A stretch of 64,000 nt of DNA. Origin: an uncultured Collinsella sp. GTDB taxonomy: Bacteria > Actinomycetota > Coriobacteriia > Coriobacteriales > Coriobacteriaceae. The stretch covers positions 40,111-104,110 of the forward strand of contig CABUIE010000003.1 of assembly GCA_902491565.1 (NCBI GenBank), in the 5' to 3' direction. Both the position numbers and the translations under genes were made by a program. This document shows, one piece after another, positions 57,519 through 64,000 of this stretch (positions within the stretch are counted from its first letter, which is position 1; each line of letters opens with the position of its first letter). The notes beneath the pieces are model-generated. The model had not been told where the DNA came from. It saw nothing but the letters and a program-made list of their open reading frames with translations, and made no database searches.

Positions 57519-58652
57519 GTGCCTATGAAGGATCTACTTTGTGACATATCGGCTTTTAGGTACTGGCGTTTGCCTCCTCAAGTCCGCGCTTTGTGTCCGC
57601 CGCTTCCACGACCGGAAGAAGACCGGCAGCGATATGATCTCGCCCGCAACCCGACGGCTGCGGTCGCGCTCGGTTTTCCGTTGTATACATTGGTTCGGAC
57701 GAGAAACAAACGGACTTGTCCTGCCAGCATTAGGCAGCGGCTGTTTCTTGGTGAGCTCCCCAGGGAATCCGTGCTGGAAACGGAGCATGGGTTTTTGGTT
57801 ACATCTCCTCTACTGACGACATTCATCATGTTGCGGCATCTGACGGATCTTCAGCTTCTTTTGGTATTGGCGGAGATGTGTGGCTTGTTTGCGGTGTGTG
57901 CCCTGCCGGCGGCACTTGAGGCGGAGCTTTCGCGTGCAATTGATTCGGGCGCGATTTCGACAACGTTCGGTTGGGTGCGCTGCCCGTCCGAGGACGGCAT
58001 CGCCTCAAATTTATGGCGTCGAGACGCTTTGGTTTTGGGCGGAGACCTTGACCGTTTTTGTTCAGATGTTTGCGGGATGCGTTGCGGCAATAGATTTATG
58101 GCGGTATCGCAACTCGTTCCATTGGGTGCCGCGTCGCCTTTTGAGGTCGAGGCGTATTTGTTGCTTGGACTGCCGCGAGCCCTGGGAGGCGAAGGTTTTT
58201 GCGGCATAGAGCTTAATGTTGAAGTGATGCTAAACACAAGTGCTCGAGCGATTGTGGAAAAGTCCCGTGTATATATCGACCTACTTCTTTCTTCGCCGGA
58301 CGGCAGGCGACAGGTGGCCATTGAATGTCAGGGAAAGGCCTCGCACGGACGCGCAGGGGATGGCTTGCGTGACGCTGACCGCATGACGGCCCTTCAGGCC
58401 ATGGGCTACGATGTACTTCTCCTGACACACAGACAGATATCCGATGAGGATAGATTCCGCGCGATCGTTAAGGCCATATGCAGGATGCTCGATGCTGAAT
58501 ATCGTGATAAAAGCTCAGATGAGCAAAGGGCTGAGACATTACTCCGGTCTGAACTATTCGTTGACTGGACAAAATTGGGAGTAATTGACGGAAAGATGCC
58601 CGTTAGACACAAAATGGCTCGATCGTGGACGGCTGCGAATCTAAGTGAGTAG
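57519..58652 (+). CDS. Hypothetical protein with C-terminal DUF559/Vsr-like endonuclease domain
   Basis: SPFE...LLLGLP..LGG, YIDL...VAIECQG..SH......D..R..ALQAMGYDV...T..Q. Confidence 0.75.
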   Translation: MPMKDLLCDISAFRYWRLPPQVRALCPPLPRPEEDRQRYDLARNPTAAVALGFPLYTLVRTRNKRTCPASIRQRLFLGELPRESVLETEHGFLVTSPLLTTFIMLRHLTDLQLLLVLAEMCGLFAVCALPAALEAELSRAIDSGAISTTFGWVRCPSEDGIASNLWRRDALVLGGDLDRFCSDVCGMRCGNRFMAVSQLVPLGAASPFEVEAYLLLGLPRALGGEGFCGIELNVEVMLNTSARAIVEKSRVYIDLLLSSPDGRRQVAIECQGKASHGRAGDGLRDADRMTALQAMGYDVLLLTHRQISDEDRFRAIVKAICRMLDAEYRDKSSDEQRAETLLRSELFVDWTKLGVIDGKMPVRHKMARSWTAANLSE

Positions 58653-58706
58653 ACTTTTGGCACTTTGGCGACTAGGTCGTTTTGCAACAAGGCATTTACC
58701 TGCACT
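58643..58706. repeat. Palindromic element copy 2, left half
   Basis: AAGTGAGTAGACTTTTGGCACTTTGGCGAC...TACCTGCACT aligns with 57223-57285. Confidence 0.85.
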
Positions 58707-58990
58707 GATAATTGTTCTCGGGGGAAGCGGGCACTGCGGGGCGCGGCAACGGCGCGCGATTTCCGCGTCGCAGCGCTACCCTGATGCTGAATGCCGGGAC
58801 GATGACCCACTGACCTGCTGACGCCTCTTCGGCCGTCCTCAAATCCGACCTGTCTCGCCCCGGCATCCGCGTCCCGGAGTCCTGCCATGACCTAATAGGA
58901 GCATGAGCGCGGACAATCGGACAAGCCAATTGGATTGTAGCGCTCCCGTCAGTGCAATGTCTGGGAGACCCGGGCGCGGAGCAGGCGGCA
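58707..58990 (+). ncRNA. Candidate IS110 bridge-RNA region
   Basis: ~300-bp non-coding end with two stem/internal-loop domains (58791-58866, 58867-58979) downstream of a junction promoter. Confidence 0.6.
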
Positions 58991-59007
58991 GACCGAGGGG
59001 AGCGAAA

Positions 59008-59640
59008 ATGGAAGGCGAAACGGTCATCGCGGGCGTCGACACGCACAAGGACGTGCATGTCCTGTGCCTGCTCGACGGCCTCGGGAGGAAGATCTGGAGC
59101 GGGAGCTTCGGGGCCGACCCCGAGGGCTACGACAGGCTGGCGGAGGCGATAGGCGACCCGGGGAGCTGCATGGTCGTCGGCGTCGAGGGCACGGCATCGT
59201 ACGGGGCCGGGCTGACGAGGAGGCTCGTGGAGCTCGGGTACAACGTCGTCGAGGTGCTCAGGCCCAAGAGGGACAAGGTGAGGCCCGGCGAGGGGAAGAG
59301 CGACCCGCTGGACGCCGAGCGCGCGGCGCGCAAGGCGGCGTCCGGGAGGGGCTGCTCCGTGCCGAAGTCGCAGGACGGCTGGGTCGAGGCGGTGCGCCAG
59401 CTCTACGTCGCGCGCAGGCTGGCCGTCGCGACGTCCACGTCCTGCGTGGCCTGCGCGAAGTCGATGCTCACGACGGCCCCGAGCGCCCTGAGGGAGCGGT
59501 TCAGGGGCCGCGAGCGGCCGAAGGACCTCATGCCGCTGCTCGCGCGCGGGAGGAAGGCGGGCGACGCGCTCGAGGAGAGCGTGCTGGCCTCGCTGCGGTC
59601 CGTCGCGGCGGTCTGGAAGGAGGCCCGCAGCCAGGTCGAG
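59008..59640 (+). pseudogene. IS110 recombinase, N-terminal fragment
   Basis: IAGVDTHKD.H, VGVEGTASYG, GKSDPLDA (DEDD); cut at the IS21 left end. Confidence 0.92.
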
Positions 59641-59801
59641 TTGTTAGCGCTACTGTAAAAACAACCAATTTCGCCATCGCACTTTAGCCGATTCCGCCAA
59701 CGCAATTTCCCCGATCGCGCCAACGCATTTTCACCATTTCCACCAACGCCGGGGCTTACGCTTCGACCGACAAGCGAACGATGCTTTCGGGAGGAGCGGC
59801 C

Positions 59802-61040
59802 GTGGCGGAGAAGAACCTGATCGGAGAGTTGGACATGTACAGGGAAGCGGGCATAAAGCCCAACTTCAGCGACATAGCGAAGCGCTACGGCAAGGACAGG
59901 CACACCGTGGCGGCGTACTGGAGGGCCGAGGGCGGCCGGCCCCGCGACGGGCGCGCCGACAGGGCGGGCTCCTTCGACGCGCACATCGAGGAGGTGGCCG
60001 CCAAGGCGCAGCTGCCGGGGGTCACCAAGAAGGGCATCCACGAGTGGCTGCTGCACAGGTATCCCGGCGAGAACCTGGCCGGCTACAACGCCTTCACCCA
60101 GTTCATGCGCAAGAACGGTATCGCCGTCGGGGCCTCCGTCGGCCCGGAACCGCACCCGCGCTTCGAGACGCCGCCCGGGCTGCAGCTGCAGTTCGACTGG
60201 AAGGAGTCGGTCAGGATGGCGAACCGCGACGGCGAGCTGTTCGAGTTCAACGTGTTCGCGGCGACGCTGGGCCATTCCCGCAGGCACATATTCATCCGGT
60301 CGGGGACCAGGACGACCGACGACCTGGTCAGGTGCATGTACGCCACGATCGCGAGGCTCGGCGGCGTGCCCCGCGAGTGGGTCACGGACAACATGTCCGC
60401 CCTGGTGACGGTCAAGGGCGGCAGGCGCCTCAAGGTCCAGCGCGCATACGAGTTCGCCAAGGCCGCCGGCTTCGAGCTGAAGCTGTGCCGCCCGCGCAGC
60501 CCCCAGACCAAGGGCAAGGTCGAGTCGTCGAACCGCTTCCTGTCGCGGCTCGCGGCCTACCAGGGCGACTTCGACGGCTGGGACGACATCGACGAGATCA
60601 TCGCGCGGATCGAGGACGCCAGCAACTCCGAGCCCAACGAGACCACGGGGCTGCCGCCCTCCGCGCTGTTCATGGAGGAGAAGGACGCGCTGCTGCCCGT
60701 CGGCAACCTCCGCGCCCTCGAGGAGGCGATGGGCGACGTGGTGCGCGTGGCCAGGGTGCCGGCCACGATGCTGGTCAGCGCGCACGGCGAGCCCATGTCG
60801 GTGCCCAGGCGCTGCATCGGCAGGCCCGCCCGCATCGTCTGCATGCCCGGCGGCGCGATGGACTGCTACGTCGGCGGCGAGCTGGTGGCGACGCACGTGG
60901 CGGGCGGGCCGGCCTACGACCCGGCGCACTACGCCGAGGCCATGGCCGGGAAGCGCTGGTTCGGCGACGCCGCCGGCGACATCGAGGCGGCGGCCGCCGC
61001 CAACCTCGGGCTGCTCGACTCGATAGGGGGCTCGCTGTGA
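59802..61040 (+). CDS. istA: IS21 transposase
   Basis: RFETPPG.QLQFDW, TDNM, PQTKGKVE. Confidence 0.93.
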   Translation: MAEKNLIGELDMYREAGIKPNFSDIAKRYGKDRHTVAAYWRAEGGRPRDGRADRAGSFDAHIEEVAAKAQLPGVTKKGIHEWLLHRYPGENLAGYNAFTQFMRKNGIAVGASVGPEPHPRFETPPGLQLQFDWKESVRMANRDGELFEFNVFAATLGHSRRHIFIRSGTRTTDDLVRCMYATIARLGGVPREWVTDNMSALVTVKGGRRLKVQRAYEFAKAAGFELKLCRPRSPQTKGKVESSNRFLSRLAAYQGDFDGWDDIDEIIARIEDASNSEPNETTGLPPSALFMEEKDALLPVGNLRALEEAMGDVVRVARVPATMLVSAHGEPMSVPRRCIGRPARIVCMPGGAMDCYVGGELVATHVAGGPAYDPAHYAEAMAGKRWFGDAAGDIEAAAAANLGLLDSIGGSL

Positions 61041-61825
61041 GCGCCGCGGTGCAGGCCAGCCCGCTCAACCGCCTGGCGGCCAATCTCGAGGAGCTGGGGC
61101 TCGAGGGCATGGCGTCGTCGGTGCCCGAGTACGTCAGGCTCGTCGCCGACGGGAGGAAGAGCCTGGTCGACGCCATGCTCGAGCTCACCGACGCCCAGAT
61201 AGCCCTCAAGCGGCGCGCCGACGACGAGCGCCGCACGAGGATGGCCAACTTCCCCTACATAAAGACGCTGGCCGACTTCGACTGGGGTTTCCAGCCGAGC
61301 GTGCCCCGCGGGCTGGTCGAGCGGCTGGCCACGCTCGAGTTCGTCGACCGCGGCGACAACGTCGTGCTCGTCGGCAGCCCGGGCGTCGGCAAGACCCACC
61401 TGTCGATAGCCATAGGCCACGAGGCGGTGATGGCCCGCAAGCAGGTGTACTTCTCCGACTGCTCGAGGCTGGTCGAGGACCTCAAGCACGCCTCGGCGAA
61501 GGAGGCGCTGGCGCGCAGGATGCGGTTCTACGAGCACTGCAGCCTGCTGATAATAGACGAGCTGGGCTACCTCGATATCGGGAAGGAGGGCGCCGACCTG
61601 CTGTTCCAGCTGGTGAACAGGCGCTACGCGCTCAAGCGGTCGACGATCGTCACGACCAACGTGCCGGTCGGCAGGTGGGGCGACGTGTTCGGCAGCAACG
61701 TCACGGCCTCGGCGGTCGCCGACAGGCTGTGCCACCACTGCGCGATGATCAAGATAACGGGCCGGTCGTACCGCCTGAAGGACGTGTCCATCGGCGGTGA
61801 GGACGGGAAGGAGGAGGGCGCCTAG
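61037..61825 (+). CDS. istB: IS21 helper ATPase
   Basis: GSPGVGKTHL, LLIIDELGY, TTN, DRLCHH, GRSYR; GTGA overlap with istA. Confidence 0.95.
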   Translation: MSAAVQASPLNRLAANLEELGLEGMASSVPEYVRLVADGRKSLVDAMLELTDAQIALKRRADDERRTRMANFPYIKTLADFDWGFQPSVPRGLVERLATLEFVDRGDNVVLVGSPGVGKTHLSIAIGHEAVMARKQVYFSDCSRLVEDLKHASAKEALARRMRFYEHCSLLIIDELGYLDIGKEGADLLFQLVNRRYALKRSTIVTTNVPVGRWGDVFGSNVTASAVADRLCHHCAMIKITGRSYRLKDVSIGGEDGKEEGA

Positions 61826-61930
61826 GCGCCGAAAGCGGCACATCCGCGTTGGCGAATCCGGCGTATCCGCGTTGGCGCGATTGGCGAAAATGCGTTGGTG
61901 GAAATGGTGAAAATTATATTGACGCTAACA

Positions 61931-62376
61931 CCTCCCCGATCCCCGCGTCGAGCGGGAAGACGGACCGGCACAGGCTCAACCGCGGCGGCAACCGGCAGGC
62001 GAACTGGGCGCTCTACGAGATCGCGATCAAGCGCATGGCGTACGACGAGAGGACGAGGAGGTACGTGGCGAGGCGGACCTCCGAGGGGAAGTCCCGGCGG
62101 GAGGCGGTCCGCTGCCTGAAGCGCTACATAGCGCGGGAGGTGTACCACGTGCTCATGGACCCGAACCCCGACGGCGCCGCGCCGGAAGGCCCCGAGCTCG
62201 CGAAGATGCGCAAGGCGATGCGGGTGACTCAGAAGAAAGCCGCCGCGGAGCTCGGCCTGTCCGCAGCCACACTCGGGCACTTGGAACGGGGGAAACGGCG
62301 GTCGACGAAACTGGAGAGGAGGTATTACGAGCTCCTGTGCGAATTGGAGAGAACGCTCCCGCAAACTGCCTCTTGA
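61931..62376 (+). pseudogene. IS110 recombinase, C-terminal fragment with appended XRE-HTH
   Basis: SPIPASSGKT.RHRLNRGGNRQAN.AL...CLKRYIAREVY, then LAKMRKAMRVTQKKAAAELGLSAATLGHLERG. Confidence 0.9.
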
Positions 62377-62394
62377 CAACTTATAGAGCGTCGG

Positions 62395-62450
62395 CTTTAT
62401 AAAGTGATATGGATGGTCTGCTCGGCAAGTTCCAAAAAGTCTACTCACTT
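62395..62450. repeat. Palindromic element copy 2, right half
   Basis: ...CTGCTCGGCAAGTTCCAAAAAGTCTACTCACTT aligns with 57286-57341. Confidence 0.85.
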
Positions 62451-62583
62451 AGTTTTTGACGAGAAGCCGATGCCGAAGACGGTCCTATTTCAGGGCGTTA
62501 ACAAGTTCGTGAGGCACGAAAAAGGCCCGAACCAATACGGTCCGGGCCTCATCGAGCTTGAGGTTATGTCTCAGGCGGTTGGC

Positions 62584-63144
62584 TTAGCCAAAGTAGCGCT
62601 TGAGCAGGCCGGCAAAAGCTTTGCCGTGGCGGGCCTCGTCACGAGCCATCTCGTGCACGGTGTCGTGGATGGCATCGAGGCCAGCGGCCTTGGCGCGCTT
62701 AGCAAGATCGGTCTTGCCGGCGGTGGCGCCGTTCTCGGCCTCAACGCGCATCTCGAGGTTTTTCTTGGTAGAGTCGGTCACGACCTCGCCCAGGAGCTCA
62801 GCGAACTTGGCGGCGTGCTCGGCCTCCTCGTGGGCAGCCTTCTCCCAGTACAGGCCGATCTCGGGATAGCCCTCGCGATGAGCGACGCGAGCCATGGCCA
62901 GGTACATACCGACCTCGGAGCACTCGCCCTCAAAGTTGGCGCGCAGGTCGGCAACGATGTCCTCAGAGACGCCCTCCATCTTGGCGACGCCCACGACGTG
63001 CTCGGCAGCCCACTCGAGCTGGCCCTCCTCCTGCTTCAGGAAACGAGAACCGGGAACGCCGCACTGGGGGCACTTAAAATCCTCGGGCAGCTGGTCGCCG
63101 TCGAACTCTTCCACATAACCGCAAACGGGGCAAACAAACTTCAT
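62584..63144 (-). CDS. Reverse rubrerythrin / NADH peroxidase
   Basis: CPVCGY...CPQCG rubredoxin domain, then [21 protein letters not shown]. Confidence 0.93.
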   Translation of the reverse strand: MKFVCPVCGYVEEFDGDQLPEDFKCPQCGVPGSRFLKQEEGQLEWAAEHVVGVAKMEGVSEDIVADLRANFEGECSEVGMYLAMARVAHREGYPEIGLYWEKAAHEEAEHAAKFAELLGEVVTDSTKKNLEMRVEAENGATAGKTDLAKRAKAAGLDAIHDTVHEMARDEARHGKAFAGLLKRYFG

Positions 63145-63400
63145 GATTCGATCCTTTCGATCGATGGCGATGGGGCGCTTGTCCGGTCCCGTAAGGGCCC
63201 TCTCCGGACGTGCGTCTTGACGGGTTCTATTATCCATAAATGCAACCAAATGTGAAGCCTATTAGGAATGATTTTCAATAAAATAATTTTGAGATATGAA
63301 GATGTTGATTGATTAACGTTTGGCAGGCCGTCTTTGACCGCCGCTGAGTACAATCGGTCGAGCAAATGTTGACCAATCAACAAATGAGGGAGTTTCCTTT

Positions 63401-64000
63401 ATGCATCTAGCCCGTCGTGCCTGGTGCCGAACGTATCAAACGGTTTTTCGCATCGCATTGCCGATTCTGCCCTATACCGAGCCGCGCATTTTGGAGCATG
63501 CCGAGGATGTGCCCGCGGTGCTTCAAAAGCGCTCGATCCAGAAGGTCCTTATCGTGACAGACCCTGGTATTGCACGTTTGGGGCTCACGGCATCACTCGA
63601 GCGTGCGCTTACGGCTCAGGGGATTGGCGCTACGGTCTATGCCGAAACGCGTGCGAACCCCACGGTCTCGAATGTGGAGGAAGCGGCGGCGCTGTATCGC
63701 GAGAACGACTGCCGGGCCATTATCGGCTTTGGTGGAGGATCAGCCATGGACTGCGCCAAGGGTGTGGGGGCGCGCATTGCGCAGCCAAACAAGCCCATCA
63801 ACAAGATGCGTGGCCTATTGCGTGTCCACCGTCTCCTGCCGCTGCTTATTGCGGTTCCCACTACCGCCGGCACGGGAAGCGAAGTCACGCTCGCGGCGGT
63901 TATCACCGATAACGAGACGCACTATAAATACCCCATTAACGACTTTGTGCTCATCCCGCGTTTTGCGGTTCACGACCCCGAGTTTACGCGCGGGTTGCCC
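63401..64000 (+). CDS. Iron-containing alcohol dehydrogenase (runs off window end)
   Basis: Manual translation: KVLIVTDPG, ANPTVSNV, GFGGGSAMDCAK, AVPTTAGTGSE. Confidence 0.9.
   Translation, partial: MHLARRAWCRTYQTVFRIALPILPYTEPRILEHAEDVPAVLQKRSIQKVLIVTDPGIARLGLTASLERALTAQGIGATVYAETRANPTVSNVEEAAALYRENDCRAIIGFGGGSAMDCAKGVGARIAQPNKPINKMRGLLRVHRLLPLLIAVPTTAGTGSEVTLAAVITDNETHYKYPINDFVLIPRFAVHDPEFTRGLP

Larger units (their letters stand above)
59642..61930 (+). mobile_element. IS21-family element, complete
   Basis: TGTTAGCG...CGCTAACA termini, repeated TCGCCA/TGGCGA subterminal motifs, istA-istB. Confidence 0.95.
58705..62396 (+). mobile_element. IS110-family element (disrupted by IS21), bounded by CT cores
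   Basis: DEDD recombinase halves; CT at 58705-6 and 62395-6; removing the element restores the palindrome. Confidence 0.88.

Noticed and set aside
59403..61843. Long alternative-frame and antisense ORFs across the IS21 (508, 593, 304 aa)
   Set aside because: High-GC shadow frames; the 593-aa ORF is meaningful only from GTG 61037 (istB)
1..64000. tRNA/rRNA genes, prophage, CRISPR-Cas
   Set aside because: No such signatures recognised in this window

Overview
High-GC bacterial chromosome segment. Gene content (bsh, pdxST/pdxR, thiM/thiE, LAATG-anchored surface proteins) suggests a gut Coriobacteriia such as Collinsella; this is inference. Most of the window is housekeeping and metabolic: RNA methyltransferases, an EF-G/TetM-like GTPase, a class-II UvrA, two c-di-GMP proteins, a TPP-riboswitch thi operon, a LysR with a MetE-like enzyme, nucleobase permeases, Kup and PLP synthesis. 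Accessory parts are (i) an AT-richer islet at about 9.8-14.8 kb with an AAA ATPase, a serine resolvase and three poorly characterised genes; (ii) two tandem surface-protein genes whose repeat unit carries a second copy of the neighbouring permease's 3' end; (iii) an amidohydrolase / 2x ceramidase-like / PTS / LysR catabolic cluster; and (iv) a nested structure at 57.2-62.5 kb. In (iv) a DUF559/Vsr-like nuclease gene lies between two ~119-bp palindromic elements. The second palindrome is split at a CT core by an IS110 element, which has a circle-junction promoter, a structured candidate bridge-RNA region and an extra C-terminal XRE-HTH. That IS110 is itself broken by a complete IS21 with an adjacent deletion. 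Several GGGAC-core REP-like palindromes are scattered through the window. All family calls are by motif recognition; no searches were run.
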